The notes under the pieces: generated by a model
Told to the model about the DNA's origin: nothing
Database searches by the model: none
The model's input: only the letters and a program-made list of their open reading frames with translations
Position numbers and translations under genes: made by a program
NCBI RefSeq assembly: GCF_002483365.1
Contig: NZ_DLHT01000018.1
Span: 8,560-72,559, forward strand
DNA: 64,000 bases
Source: Cellvibrio sp. UBA7661
Lineage (GTDB): Bacteria; Pseudomonadota; Gammaproteobacteria; Pseudomonadales; Cellvibrionaceae
Reading direction: 5' to 3'
Shown: in pieces, positions 45,973-56,773 of the stretch
Numbering within the stretch: position 1 is the stretch's first letter
Layout: every line of letters starts with the position of its first letter

Positions 45973-47367
45973 TCAAAAGTTTGTCGGCAAAAGTATGCAG
46001 AGACACAGACCGCCAGTGGGGCGGTTTTCTGCCCAGATCCGGCCTTTGTGTAGGGACACGCTTCGATGGGCAATAGCGAGCCCGAGACCGTAACCACCGC
46101 TCTCGCGTGTACGTGCCTGATCGGTGCGGAAGAAAGGTTGGAATATATCGGCAAGAGTATCTTCAGGTACACCAGGCCCCTGATCCATGATGTCTATCCG
46201 GTAGTGTTCGCCATCACCGGTTTTATCCAATTGGATGCAGATTTCGGAGTTGTGGGGTGTGTAAAGTATTGCATTGCGCAATGTGTTTTCAAAAACGCCT
46301 AACAGCATGTTCCCATGGGTTGAAACAAGTGCTTCTTCCAATGGGGATTTGAAACGGATATTGATATTTTTGTCGTAGGCATCCTGTTGGTAGTTATCCA
46401 TCAGGGTTTGCAACATGCTGACCAAATCCACGACATCATCCAGTACCCAGCTATCTTGACCTTGTACGGGTAAAGTCAAAATTTCGGTGATGATGTCATT
46501 GAGATAATCTGCCGCCTGTTTGATGCGTGCCAATTCATTATCTACTACACCATTACTGCGTTGACGAGCCAATGCAAGCGCAATTTGCAGTCGCGCCAAA
46601 GGGGTCCGTAACTCATGCGAAACGTCTTTAATCAGGCGTTTCTGTTCTTGCATCGATTTTTCCAGCCGCTCAGTCATGTGATCAAAATCACGGCCAAGTG
46701 CAGCAATTTCATCGTTGCGCCCGCGGAATTGTTCACTGATGCGCACACTTAAATCACCGCGCGCAATTTGCTGGGTGGCCTTTTGCAGTGTGTTGATACT
46801 GCGGGTGAAATGACGTGCAAGAAAAAAACAGGCAGATCCACTGACTAATATTGATACCAGTAATAATGGCCAAATGTTATCGAGGAAAAGCTCCCAAATA
46901 ATATCCCGATCCTGGCCTTCATCGCGTCCTGCAGAAATAGTAATTAATTTCACACTATTGCCATCACTTAACGTGATGTAGCGCCCGAATAATTTACGGT
47001 TGCGGTCTTGAACCTTATCGAAGGGGTGTTTGAACGTGAGTCGCGGTGCGAGAAACATGACTCCCGGTGGTAGTGGACGATCAAGCAGGTCACGGTTTTC
47101 CTTATCGATAACGTACACAAACCGCGTTGACCAGGCAGGCATTGCGCGCAAGTCCTGAATCAATTGTTGGGTATTGCGGTTGACCGCATTACCCACCATT
47201 TGGAAGAGCAAACGTTTTGCAGGATCATCATCATTGGTCATGCTGCTATGTTGCAGATTGCCATCTGGCGTCATGTCGAACCAATGCACAACAATATTGG
47301 TGCCGATAATAATCGCCACCGTAATCAACCAAAATGTAAGAAATATTTTTAAATAAAGGCGTGTCAT
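45973..47367 (-). CDS. cpxA: envelope-stress sensor histidine kinase, CpxA-like
   Basis: 464 aa. Architecture is TM, periplasmic domain, TM, HAMP, H box DVSHELRTPLARLQ and an ATPase domain (DQGPGV, GGYGLGLAI). It overlaps the upstream regulator gene by 1 nt. Confidence 0.7.
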   Translation of the reverse strand: MTRLYLKIFLTFWLITVAIIIGTNIVVHWFDMTPDGNLQHSSMTNDDDPAKRLLFQMVGNAVNRNTQQLIQDLRAMPAWSTRFVYVIDKENRDLLDRPLPPGVMFLAPRLTFKHPFDKVQDRNRKLFGRYITLSDGNSVKLITISAGRDEGQDRDIIWELFLDNIWPLLLVSILVSGSACFFLARHFTRSINTLQKATQQIARGDLSVRISEQFRGRNDEIAALGRDFDHMTERLEKSMQEQKRLIKDVSHELRTPLARLQIALALARQRSNGVVDNELARIKQAADYLNDIITEILTLPVQGQDSWVLDDVVDLVSMLQTLMDNYQQDAYDKNINIRFKSPLEEALVSTHGNMLLGVFENTLRNAILYTPHNSEICIQLDKTGDGEHYRIDIMDQGPGVPEDTLADIFQPFFRTDQARTRESGGYGLGLAIAHRSVSLHKGRIWAENRPTGGLCLCILLPTNF

Positions 47368-48074
47368 TAATTTACAGGATCATCATCGTTCATCGTTAAC
47401 ATGTACCCGGCACCGCGTACATTGATGATCAGATCCTTTGATGAGCCTGCAGCAGTAATTTTTTTGCGGATGTTGCTCACATGTACGTCGATGCTGCGAT
47501 CGTAAGGAGTTAGCTTGCGGTTAAGCGCTTGTTCGGTCATGTCATCTTTGCTAATGACCTGTCCGGCGCGACGTACCAATATTTCCAAAACACTGAATTC
47601 AGTTCCGGTGAGGGCGACTTCCTGATTATCCCAGGTTGTTGTACGTGTTCCCAAATGCAGTGACAACTTTCCGGAAGTCAGACGCTCAACGCTATTGGGC
47701 GATGCTTCTTTGTGGTTTGCGCGACGCAAGATAGCGCGAATGCGTGCAACTAACTCGCGTGGGTCACAGGGTTTGGATAAATAATCATCGGCACCGATTT
47801 CCAAGCCGATAACACGGTCAACAGTGTCACCTTTAGCTGTGAGCATAATCACCGGTGTCTGATTGTGCTGGCGCAAATTTTTCAACACATCAAATCCATT
47901 GCGCACGGGCAGCATCACATCAAGCACGATAACGGAATAGGGATGTTTCAATGCAAGATCAAGAGCCGTTTGACCATCAAAAGCGGTATCTACCGAGAAA
48001 CTTTCAGTTTGGAGGTATTCGGTCAGTAATTGACTGAGTTCTTTGTCGTCGTCGATGAGTAGAACTTTAAGCAT
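47367..48074 (-). CDS. cpxR: OmpR-family response regulator, CpxR-like
   Basis: 235 aa. By eye it aligns along its whole length with E. coli CpxR (LLIDDDKEL...TPVIMLTAKGD..DRV.GLE.GADDYL.KP...RELVARIRAILRR...LTGTEF..L...LTP.DR.ID.H.SN.R.K). Confidence 0.75.
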   Translation of the reverse strand: MLKVLLIDDDKELSQLLTEYLQTESFSVDTAFDGQTALDLALKHPYSVIVLDVMLPVRNGFDVLKNLRQHNQTPVIMLTAKGDTVDRVIGLEIGADDYLSKPCDPRELVARIRAILRRANHKEASPNSVERLTSGKLSLHLGTRTTTWDNQEVALTGTEFSVLEILVRRAGQVISKDDMTEQALNRKLTPYDRSIDVHVSNIRKKITAAGSSKDLIINVRGAGYMLTMNDDDPVN

Positions 48075-48260
48075 GGTCGTATCTAATCCCCTGTTGGAAG
48101 GCGCTGAGTGTGCACCAGGCCTTGTTGAGAGTCATGATTCTTTGGAATTCATTAACCAATCTTAACATTATCCGCACCATAATGGATTCACAGGCTCGGA
48201 TACAGGCTGCCGGGCATGAGAGCTGAATCAGCCTGACCATACTGCCAGAGGAATATTGTT

Positions 48261-48767
48261 ATGAAAGCGATCAGATTATTGTCTGTTGGGGTCATCCTGT
48301 TGAGTGCAGCCAGTGTAATGCCGGCTATGGCGGGGGACTCGGGAAAGCGTTGTGATGTTAAGCATCATATCGGCCAGTGGGGTGGGCATGACGGTATGGG
48401 AGAGCGCGAGTTGCGCCACCTTGGGCATGCATTGGATTTGACTGATGAACAAAAGGCAACACTTGCAAGCCAGCGTGACGCCAACAAAGCAGCGCGCGAA
48501 GCACTTCACTCCAGGTTGTCTGGTGCGCGTACGGCATTGGCAACAGCTGTAGAAGCTGGCGCGAATGAAGCGGAGTTAACGGCATTGGCAGATACTTTGG
48601 GCAAATTACAAGCTGAACAAGTGCTTGCAAGTCTTAAAGCGCGCCAGGCGTTTCTCGCTGTACTGACAGATGAGCAAAAGACAAAAATGACCGAGCTCAA
48701 GTCCAAGCGTATGGAGCGTAAAAAAGAACATAAATCGGAGCGCAGAGAAACCCAATCATCATCGTGA
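48261..48767 (+). CDS. cpxP: periplasmic LTXXQ-motif protein, CpxP/Spy-like
   Basis: 168 aa with a signal peptide and two LTXXQ motifs (LTDEQKATL, LTDEQKTKM). It is divergent from cpxRA, as in the enterobacterial cpx locus. Confidence 0.65.
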   Translation: MKAIRLLSVGVILLSAASVMPAMAGDSGKRCDVKHHIGQWGGHDGMGERELRHLGHALDLTDEQKATLASQRDANKAAREALHSRLSGARTALATAVEAGANEAELTALADTLGKLQAEQVLASLKARQAFLAVLTDEQKTKMTELKSKRMERKKEHKSERRETQSSS

Positions 48768-48794
48768 ATATGGATTCCCTCTTGTTTGACTAAA

Positions 48795-48816
48795 ACCCCG
48801 CTTGGCGGGGTTTTTT
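48795..48816 (+). terminator. rho-independent terminator after the cpxP-like gene
   Basis: ACCCCGC-ttgg-CGGGGTTTTTTGTT. Confidence 0.85.
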
Positions 48817-48954
48817 GTTAGTGGATCATGGATTAGATCTAATTTCCGGATGGGATCCGTATCGGGCTTGCTTGTGTAAGACATTCTTGGGAAAATTCGC
48901 GCCGTTTTTAGCGATCCTGCTATTTCCCGTTTACTCCTGCTTCCCGAGGTTATC

Positions 48955-49500
48955 GTGGCACAGATAGGTCTGTTTTTTGGTAGTGACGAAGGTAATACCG
49001 AGCGCGTTGCTTATCGCATCCAAAATCGTTTTGGTGCCGATGTTGTTGACGTTCGCGATATCAGTGATGCTACACAATTGGATTTTGCCAATTACGACAA
49101 AATTATTTTGGGAATTCCCACATGGGATTTCGGCCAGATCCAATCGGATTGGGAAGAGTTTTGGGATGATATTGCTGCGGTAGATTTTTCTGGCAAGCAA
49201 GTTGCGTTATTTGGTCTGGGTGACCAATTTGGATACGGTGATTATTTCCTTGATGCAATGGGAATGCTGCATGATGTGATTATCCAGTCCGGCCCTGAAA
49301 TAGTAGGGCATTGGCCAACGGATGGTTACGAATTTGAAGCATCAAAAGCAGAAATTCCCGGTGCAGGTCATTTTGTTGGTTTGGCATTGGATGAAGATCA
49401 GCAAGAAAATTTGACGGCTGACCGCTTGAACCGTTGGTGCACTCAGGTTCATGTTGAATTCGGTTTGGATTCACCGCTAAATCTACTGGATGACAATTGA
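48955..49500 (+). CDS. fldA: long-chain flavodoxin
   Basis: 181 aa with a GTG start. The IGLFFGSDEGNTE FMN-phosphate loop is present and the protein is collinear with E. coli FldA. Confidence 0.85.
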   Translation: MAQIGLFFGSDEGNTERVAYRIQNRFGADVVDVRDISDATQLDFANYDKIILGIPTWDFGQIQSDWEEFWDDIAAVDFSGKQVALFGLGDQFGYGDYFLDAMGMLHDVIIQSGPEIVGHWPTDGYEFEASKAEIPGAGHFVGLALDEDQQENLTADRLNRWCTQVHVEFGLDSPLNLLDDN

Positions 49501-49535
49501 TTTCAAAGCGGTATTCCGCTGGGTAATTAAAAAAT

Positions 49536-49559
49536 AAAGGACGCATATGCGTCCTTTAT
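49536..49559. terminator. bidirectional terminator between fldA and cmoB
   Basis: AAAGGACGCA-TA-TGCGTCCTTT is flanked by A and T runs. Confidence 0.85.
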
Positions 49560-49590
49560 TTTTAAACCGTTTTTTATTGCAAGAGCGTCA

Positions 49591-50610
49591 TCAGGCTTCT
49601 GCCACGAAAACGGCGCGAATAGGGGCAGGGTGTCCTTCAGCCGTCAAAGCAGGATTGTCAGGGTGTAAAAATTCGGGCAGGGAGTGAAAACGCATCCATT
49701 CTGTGGAGCGTTGTTCTTCTGTGGTGGTGGGGCACACATCGACAACACGTGGATTATTAAATCCCATCTTGCGCAGCCATGACAGCATGGTTGCGCAGCT
49801 TGGTAAAAACCACACATTATTCATCATGCCATAGCGCCCCTCGGGTACTAATACATCCCCAAGCTCGCCTTCAATCACCAATGTCTCTAGCACAAGTTGT
49901 CCGCCGGGGCGCAGGGTATTTTTTAACTCCAGTAAATGATCCATTGGCGAACGACGATGATAAAAAACGCCCATTGAAAATACCGTATCAAATGCTTGTA
50001 GCTTTTCTGGTAAATCTTCGATGCCAAGTGGTAATACATCCACAGGATAATTGGCGCCAGCAAAATGTTTCACCATATGAAATTGCACAATAAAGCGTGG
50101 CGATGGATCTATTCCAATAACGCGCTTTGCACCTTCCCCTAACATGCGCCAGCAGTGATAACCATTGCCGCAGCCTACATCAAGAATTAGCCGATCTTTT
50201 AATGGTGCGAGGTGAGGAAGAACCCGATCCCATTTCCAATCAGAGCGCCATTCGGTATCGATATGGATATCATGAATGAAATAAGGACCTTTGCGCCACG
50301 GAATGAGTTCCTGCAACGCTGTGCGAATGTCATTGCGTGTGGCTTCATCGCAATCGTTACTAGAGCCAATTTGTACGCGTTGTGATAATTCAATCTGACT
50401 GGCAACAATACTGGGGAGTTTTGCCAGTGAGGCTTTCCAGTCAGCCAGGTCACCGTAACGTTTTTCACATAATCCGGCTGTGATCTGTTCGGGAAGTTTT
50501 TCTGCCCATGCGGCGAGGGGGGAGTCTTTTAATGCAAGTAATAAAGTGTCGTAATTAATAGAGGTCACTTGGTGTCTTCTGTAACATTGTTGATAACTAT
50601 TTGATTGCAA
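49591..50610 (-). CDS. cmoB: tRNA U34 carboxymethyltransferase CmoB
   Basis: 339-aa ORF. A class I methyltransferase core ([15 protein letters not shown]) follows the CmoB-specific N-terminus (WRKGPY...[10 protein letters not shown]). The gene overlaps cmoA. Confidence 0.9.
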   Translation of the reverse strand: MQSNSYQQCYRRHQVTSINYDTLLLALKDSPLAAWAEKLPEQITAGLCEKRYGDLADWKASLAKLPSIVASQIELSQRVQIGSSNDCDEATRNDIRTALQELIPWRKGPYFIHDIHIDTEWRSDWKWDRVLPHLAPLKDRLILDVGCGNGYHCWRMLGEGAKRVIGIDPSPRFIVQFHMVKHFAGANYPVDVLPLGIEDLPEKLQAFDTVFSMGVFYHRRSPMDHLLELKNTLRPGGQLVLETLVIEGELGDVLVPEGRYGMMNNVWFLPSCATMLSWLRKMGFNNPRVVDVCPTTTEEQRSTEWMRFHSLPEFLHPDNPALTAEGHPAPIRAVFVAEA

Positions 50611-51331
50611 TCAAAGAGGCAAAATTAAAACATTGGAACCAAACATCGACGCTATTGAATCCGGCCAAGCGTAAACGTTGGCGATGTGAGTCAAGTGTTT
50701 CAGGGACTAAATAATTTTCAATAGCTGCGCGTTTTTGCGCAATTTCCAAATCGCTATAACCATTAGCGCGTTTAAAGTTATGGTGTAACTCAGTCATTAA
50801 TTGTTGGTGCGGCTCGTCATCGAATACGACTTTTTCAGAGATAATTAATACTCCCCCGGGGTTTAGCCCTGCGCAAATGCGGCGCAACATCTCCAACCGT
50901 TCTTCAATTGAAATAAACTGCAAAGTGAAATTTAACACTGCCATAGACGCATTATGGATCTTCACATCCTGAATTTGCGCTTCCATCAATTCCACTGGAA
51001 TTTCACCGCTGTCTGCGGCGATTACTTGTGCGCAGCGGGCAATCATCGCCGCTGAATTATCGACCCCGATGATTTTGCAATTAGCGGCCTGTATACGATG
51101 ACGCATTGCCAGAGTGGCTGCACCAAGTGAGCAGCCCAAGTCATAGCATTGACTATTGGCTTGAACATAACGCTCTGCCAGATTGCCGATCATATTAATA
51201 ATAGTGGCGTAACCTGGAACCGAACGTTTGATCATGTCAGGGAAAACGTCCACCACGCGTTGGTCAAATGCAAAGCGGCTAACGTCTGCCAGTGGATTGG
51301 CGTAAATAGTATCGGAATTGTTCTTTTGCAT
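50597..51331 (-). CDS. cmoA: carboxy-S-adenosyl-L-methionine synthase CmoA
   Basis: Contains [20 protein letters not shown] and [11 protein letters not shown]. Start taken at MQKNNSD; the ORF extends to 51355. Confidence 0.9.
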   Translation of the reverse strand: MQKNNSDTIYANPLADVSRFAFDQRVVDVFPDMIKRSVPGYATIINMIGNLAERYVQANSQCYDLGCSLGAATLAMRHRIQAANCKIIGVDNSAAMIARCAQVIAADSGEIPVELMEAQIQDVKIHNASMAVLNFTLQFISIEERLEMLRRICAGLNPGGVLIISEKVVFDDEPHQQLMTELHHNFKRANGYSDLEIAQKRAAIENYLVPETLDSHRQRLRLAGFNSVDVWFQCFNFASLIAIK

Positions 51332-51489
51332 AATGCTGACTGGTTGGTGGCACATTTATCAGGAGGTAATGGTGCGCGCATTGTACTCTGCAAATGTTTA
51401 TGACAACAAATTAAGAAGTTCATAAAAGTGTCATATTCCTGAAGGAATATTTAATAAATCGATTCTTATCCGTTATAAGTTGTCTATCT

Positions 51490-53268
51490 ATGTCTTTGCA
51501 GAGTCCCGTCCTGAATCCTCTAACCCTGCAACAAGAGTTGAGGCGCTTGATTGAGTTCAAGCTGCTTACGCCAGTATTTCAACCAATTATAGCGCTAGAG
51601 AATCCCCGCATTATTGGCTATGAAGCTCTAATCCGTGGTCCGCAAGAGAGTGCGCTTCATAAGCCGGATCTGCTGTTTTCTATCGCGCGCGAGTCACGCT
51701 TGTTGGCAAGTTTGGAATTTGCCTGCCGGGAGGTGTCTTGCGAGCGTTTTGCCGAGTTGGAGTTGCCGGGCAAATTATTTTTAAATATGAGCCCTATTAG
51801 CTTCACTGACAGCCAATATCGCGATGGAGTTACCCGTGAAATTTTACAGCGTGTAGGGCTGGATGCGGAACGCGTAGTATTTGAGTTGACCGAGAGTCAG
51901 CCACTGGATGAGCTTGATTTACTGAGGGCAGCATCTGATCACTTCCAGCGTCAAGGATTTGCAGTTGCGCTGGATGATTTGGGCGCGGGCTATGCAGGTT
52001 TGCGTGTATGGAGTGAGTTGTGCCCTGATTATGTCAAAATTGATCGGCACTTTATTAGTGGTATAGATAAAGATCCTGTGAAGCGCGAATTTGTGCGTGC
52101 CATGTTGGATATTGCCCATCGTATTGGTCATAAAGCAATTGCAGAGGGAATTGAAACGGCGGCAGAGTTTAATACGCTGATGGCAATGGGGGTTGAGTAT
52201 GCACAAGGATATTTTATTGCCCATCCCCATGCAGATCCCTCTACAGTCCTGCCTGAAAAAATAACGCAGCTGGCAGGTATGTCCAGACCGCGCTATCAAG
52301 ACCACTTTACCCGCACAGTAAGTGAGATCGTCACAGACTCTGTGAGTATTTGTTCAACTGAATCTGCCGAAAACGTGGTGAAAATGTTTCGTGCGGACGT
52401 TCGTTTGAGCTGTGTTCCGGTAGTTGATGGTGATACACCATTGGGAATGGTGAGTCGCGCAGAGCTATTGAATATCTTTTCGCGTCGTTTTGCACATGAA
52501 CTTCATGCCGATAAGCCAATTAAAGATTTTATTAGTTCTTTATCAATTATTGTCGATATCAATACAGAACTTAAAGTAGTAGGACAAATTATCAGTGAAG
52601 ATCCACAGCAAAATCTTAGCGTGGATTTTATTGTGTGCGAACAGCAGCGCTATCGTGGTGTAGGTAAGGTGCGTGATTTATTGCGTGCGATTACAGAGGA
52701 AAAATTGCGCGCTGCGCGCCACAGCAACCCGTTAACGCAATTACCCGGCAATGTTCCTTTATACGAATGTGTAGATCATTTGCTTTTGACCCAAAAGGAA
52801 TTCGTTGTTGCTTACTGCGATATCAATCACTTTAAACCTTTTAATGATGCATTTGGTTATAGCGCAGGCGATGAGGTGATATTGCAGTTGGGGAAAATTC
52901 TGAGCGAGAGCGTTGATGAGCGATGTGATTTTGTTGGCCATGTAGGGGGCGATGATTTTATCCTGGTGTTTTGCAGTGCCAATTGGCAACAGCGTTGCGA
53001 ACAAATACTGCACAAATTTGAAAGTGTCAGCCGTCAATTTTTGCCTGGTAATTCACCTGAATATTGGAGTTTTGATCGGCAGGGGCGGCGGCAAAAATTT
53101 GGAGCATTGACCCTGGCAATAGGTTGCGTCCTTCCTGATGTAAATCTATGCAAAACCCATCATCAAGTTTCACAATTACTGGCTGAGGCCAAACACAGTG
53201 CCAAAATGCAGGGCGGTAACCAGTTATTTCAATCTCGCCGCCGCAATCCTTCTGTCGATGCGACCTGA
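51490..53268 (+). CDS. EAL phosphodiesterase fused to a CBS pair and a GGDEF-like domain
   Basis: 592 aa. The EAL domain has YEALIRGP, DDLGAGYAG and KIDRHF. The CBS-like middle region contains CVPVVDGDTPLGMVSR. The C-terminal cyclase-like domain has INHFKPFNDAFGYSAGD and the variant motif GGDDF. Confidence 0.8.
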   Translation: MSLQSPVLNPLTLQQELRRLIEFKLLTPVFQPIIALENPRIIGYEALIRGPQESALHKPDLLFSIARESRLLASLEFACREVSCERFAELELPGKLFLNMSPISFTDSQYRDGVTREILQRVGLDAERVVFELTESQPLDELDLLRAASDHFQRQGFAVALDDLGAGYAGLRVWSELCPDYVKIDRHFISGIDKDPVKREFVRAMLDIAHRIGHKAIAEGIETAAEFNTLMAMGVEYAQGYFIAHPHADPSTVLPEKITQLAGMSRPRYQDHFTRTVSEIVTDSVSICSTESAENVVKMFRADVRLSCVPVVDGDTPLGMVSRAELLNIFSRRFAHELHADKPIKDFISSLSIIVDINTELKVVGQIISEDPQQNLSVDFIVCEQQRYRGVGKVRDLLRAITEEKLRAARHSNPLTQLPGNVPLYECVDHLLLTQKEFVVAYCDINHFKPFNDAFGYSAGDEVILQLGKILSESVDERCDFVGHVGGDDFILVFCSANWQQRCEQILHKFESVSRQFLPGNSPEYWSFDRQGRRQKFGALTLAIGCVLPDVNLCKTHHQVSQLLAEAKHSAKMQGGNQLFQSRRRNPSVDAT

Positions 53269-53359
53269 GTATTCCCACTCAATAAGCCAACAATAATAAG
53301 CCTAGCACTCGGGTAATCCTGAGCTATCCTTACTGTGATTTCTTTCTGGAGGTAAAGGC

Positions 53360-55006
53360 ATGGCTGATCTTGGCTATTACAAGATGCACGCGCTGATTAT
53401 TGATGATTTCGAAAATTTCCGTGGCACACTTTATAAGATGTTGATGGATCTGGGGATAGGGAATGTTGATACAGCAGCAAGCGGCGAAGAGGCACTGCGT
53501 TTTTGCAGGGCACGCACCTACGACCTGATTCTCTGCGACAACAACCTTGGCAAAGGCAAAAGTGGTCAGCAGGTGCTGGAAGAGCTTCGCTCGACCGACA
53601 ACCCCTGTGCTGACAGTCTGTTTATACTGGTTTCGGCAGAATCCAGTAAAAGCATCATTATGGCTGCCTATGACTATGAGCCCGATGCCTATCTTGCCAA
53701 GCCAATTACACCGAAAGCGCTTGACCAGCGTCTGAGTCGTTTAATTGAACAACGCGCTGAGTTAAAAGCAATTCAGGTAGCCCAAAAAGCGGGGGATAAC
53801 CAACAGGCAATCAAACTCTGTAAAGAGCTTATCGCCAATGGAAGCCGCCACACCAATAGTTGCCAAAAATTATTGGGCCAACTTTATTTAACCAACAATG
53901 ATGTGGCTGCTGCAGAAGAGCTGTATCGCACAGTGTTGGATAATCGTGAATTGGAATGGGCTCAGTTGGGAATGGTGCGAACAAAATTGGCGCAGCATGA
54001 TTATCTGGGCGCACAACAGTGGTTGGAAAATATTCTGCAGGGAAATCCCCTTTGCATGAAAGCGTATGATTTGCAGGCAGAGCTTTTCAAATTGCAAAAT
54101 GATACGGAAGGCTTGCAAAATATTTTGCAGAAAGCCACTGATATTTCACCTCTTTCTATTCTTAGGCAGCAAGCGTTAGGCGATGTTGCGCAACAAAATA
54201 ATGATTTGGTTACGGCTGCAAACGCACTAAGGCGTGCAGTTAAACTTGGCGAGCACTCCTGTTTTGATAAAGCAGAGGTGCATTCATTATTTGCCCAAAC
54301 AACAATTGATTTGCATTCAATCGATAAAGAGTTAGCCAAGCCTTTGGTTCGTGATGCAATTAATTGCATAGTGAATTATGAGGATAACTTCGGTAAAACC
54401 CAGCTCAAAAAAGCCGAATCATTACTCCTTGAAAGTCAATTGCAGGTATGTGCTGGCGATCAGCGTCGTGCACAAGAAGCATTGAGTAGTGCGCAAACTG
54501 TTTTAGGTAACACCAAGGATGCCGATGCGCTTCCTGTACAAATTGAAATGGTTCGTGCCTTACGCGTTCTTGGTAAAACAGATGAGGCACAAAGACGCTT
54601 GGCGGATCTGTTACAGCATTATGCAAGTAATGAGGATCAATTGCAGAAGTTGGATGTGTTGTTGGACGAACCGCGCAGTGAAAAAAACAAGCTGATGGTG
54701 GCGGAGATTAATAAAAAAGGTATTGCTGCCTATAACGCCAAAGATTTTTCCACAGCCGCAGATTCATTCAAAATTGCATTGCAAAAGCTACCTAACCATG
54801 TTGGTCTTCGGTTGAACTATGTGCAGGCTATGATCGACAAATTGAAAAGTAATTTTGAACAGGCTACCAGCGAAAAAATACAGCAGGCCTTTACCAAAGC
54901 GAGTGCAATCATTTCCTCGCAGCATCCCCAATATCAACGTTATCGCCAGTTGAGTGAGGTCTATACCAATTTGGTAAAAGCGTATGAAAAAAATAGTCGA
55001 GGTTAA
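53360..55006 (+). CDS. response regulator: receiver domain fused to TPR-like helical repeats
   Basis: 548 aa. The REC domain has all key residues (IIDDFE, LILCDNNLG, LVSAES, LAKP). The remaining 400 aa or so are repetitive helical TPR-like sequence. No DNA-binding or enzymatic output domain was recognised. Confidence 0.75.
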   Translation: MADLGYYKMHALIIDDFENFRGTLYKMLMDLGIGNVDTAASGEEALRFCRARTYDLILCDNNLGKGKSGQQVLEELRSTDNPCADSLFILVSAESSKSIIMAAYDYEPDAYLAKPITPKALDQRLSRLIEQRAELKAIQVAQKAGDNQQAIKLCKELIANGSRHTNSCQKLLGQLYLTNNDVAAAEELYRTVLDNRELEWAQLGMVRTKLAQHDYLGAQQWLENILQGNPLCMKAYDLQAELFKLQNDTEGLQNILQKATDISPLSILRQQALGDVAQQNNDLVTAANALRRAVKLGEHSCFDKAEVHSLFAQTTIDLHSIDKELAKPLVRDAINCIVNYEDNFGKTQLKKAESLLLESQLQVCAGDQRRAQEALSSAQTVLGNTKDADALPVQIEMVRALRVLGKTDEAQRRLADLLQHYASNEDQLQKLDVLLDEPRSEKNKLMVAEINKKGIAAYNAKDFSTAADSFKIALQKLPNHVGLRLNYVQAMIDKLKSNFEQATSEKIQQAFTKASAIISSQHPQYQRYRQLSEVYTNLVKAYEKNSRG

Positions 55007-55008
55007 TT

Positions 55009-55731
55009 GTGAATTCTATATCTGATCATCATTCTGATAGTCATAACTCCGCACAGGTTCCTATTGATTTTGCATTCGTGCTGGCTTCGAGTGTGCACGA
55101 TATGAAAAACTCATTGGGGATGTTGTTGCACACGCTTGCAGAAATGATGGAGAGCTCCCCACCAAAAGATGCCGAGCAAGCACGCTTTTTTTCGACATTG
55201 GAGTATGAGGCTGCGCGCATCAATGGCGAGCTGGTTCAGCTGCTATCACTCTACAAGATGGATGAGAAAACCTTGGCGATATTGATAGATGAGCATCATG
55301 CTATCGATATTATTGAAGAGCAAATTGCCCGGAATGATACCTTATTAAAATCACGCAATATTGATATACAAATCGATTGTGATCCTGATTTGGTTTGGTA
55401 TTTTGATAATGAATTGGTGGGGGGCGTATTAAATAATTTGATTGTAAATTGTGCGCGTTACTGCAAAAAGCAGCTGTTGGTGAGTGCAACAGAAGAAAAT
55501 GGTTTTTTATGTATTGCAGTGGCTGATGATGGTCAAGGTTATCCCGATAGCATGCTATTGGGGCCATTGCCACAAGCAGCAGTATCTTTTAATTCCGGTA
55601 ATACCAAGCTGGGTTTGCTATTCGCGCGCAAGGTGCTTGAATTGCACAAAACCAAAAAAGGGCAAGGGTACATGACGATTGCCAACAATGGACCTTTGGG
55701 GGGCGGCGTGCTGAAATTGTATTTACCTTGA
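55009..55731 (+). CDS. soluble mini histidine kinase (DHp + HATPase only)
   Basis: 240 aa. The GTG start lies 2 nt after the upstream stop, with a GAGG SD. NtrB-like H box SSVHDMKNSLG; N box NNLIVNCARY; G1 DDGQGYP; G2 GNTKLGLLFA. No TM or sensor domain. Confidence 0.7.
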   Translation: MNSISDHHSDSHNSAQVPIDFAFVLASSVHDMKNSLGMLLHTLAEMMESSPPKDAEQARFFSTLEYEAARINGELVQLLSLYKMDEKTLAILIDEHHAIDIIEEQIARNDTLLKSRNIDIQIDCDPDLVWYFDNELVGGVLNNLIVNCARYCKKQLLVSATEENGFLCIAVADDGQGYPDSMLLGPLPQAAVSFNSGNTKLGLLFARKVLELHKTKKGQGYMTIANNGPLGGGVLKLYLP

Positions 55732-55823
55732 TGATGCCGGATACATCCAGATTGGGTGTTGAAATCACCTGACTGCTATTGCATCATCTAAGTCCAATTT
55801 TTTCTATTTTCAGGTTTGATCCT

Positions 55824-56699
55824 ATGCTTAAAATCCGCTTTAAAGATAATAAATACAATGCGGTATGGCTGGTTGAGCCGAAAATCACTATAGGTCGTTC
55901 GGCAACAAATGCATTAGTCATTGATGATCCTTTAGCCAGTGATGTCCATATGGAGGTGTTGGTTGATAATGAGCATCTCACACTGCGTAATTTGATACCT
56001 ACGCAGCCGGTAATCGTCAATGGACAGGCAGTGACGGGTGCTTGTGAGCTTAAACCGGATGATCAAATTAGTTTGGGTCGTGTTGAGCTTGTCGTGATCG
56101 ATCCCAAACGCGAAGCCAAAATTGTTGCAGAAGAATCTGCCAACGTGACGCAACTGCGCACTCCGCAAGTGACGGGGTGGTCCCTCAAGGCTCACCATAC
56201 TGCGCTGGCCAACAGAATATACCCGTTAAAAGAGACCAATGTTATTGGTCGTTCTAATGATTGTGACATCAGTTTGGCTGCTGCACATTTATCCCGCCGT
56301 CATGCCCAACTGCAAATAATTGACGGTATGTTGTTTGTCAAAGATTTGGATTCAGCCAATGGCACTTTCCTGAATGGTAAACGTGTTGCGGAGGCCAGGG
56401 TAAGACGTGGTGATGAATTGCGATTCGATGCTCTGACATTCGGTGTCATGGGGCCGACTGATGATATGGCCAAAACGACGGTGCGCAAAGCTCCTGTAAA
56501 ACCTGATGTGCCTGAAATAAAACCCAGGCCTGCGCGTGAAAAAGCATCTACACCGACTCGTGCTTCATCACCTAATCGCTCCGCTGCTGCTATGCAGCCA
56601 CAGCCCGCGTCTGATAACGTCAAAGGTAGATTCGGATTAATTTTCTTGGGGGTATTGGCTGTTATAGTTATAACAACCCTGATCTTAACGAGAAAATAA
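55824..56699 (+). CDS. membrane-anchored protein with two FHA domains
   Basis: About 291 aa from MLKIRFKD. FHA1 carries IGRS...SDVH...VNG. FHA2 is canonical (IGRSNDCDI...SRRHAQL...SANGTFLNG). A P/S/T/A-rich linker and a single C-terminal TM (FGLIFLGVLAVIVITTLIL) follow. Confidence 0.75.
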   Translation: MLKIRFKDNKYNAVWLVEPKITIGRSATNALVIDDPLASDVHMEVLVDNEHLTLRNLIPTQPVIVNGQAVTGACELKPDDQISLGRVELVVIDPKREAKIVAEESANVTQLRTPQVTGWSLKAHHTALANRIYPLKETNVIGRSNDCDISLAAAHLSRRHAQLQIIDGMLFVKDLDSANGTFLNGKRVAEARVRRGDELRFDALTFGVMGPTDDMAKTTVRKAPVKPDVPEIKPRPAREKASTPTRASSPNRSAAAMQPQPASDNVKGRFGLIFLGVLAVIVITTLILTRK

Positions 56700-56773
56700 T
56701 TATTGAAGCTTTGCAGAAAATGGCCGAAACCCTGTGATGCCACAGACAGATACTGCCGCACTCAGGTGATCTT

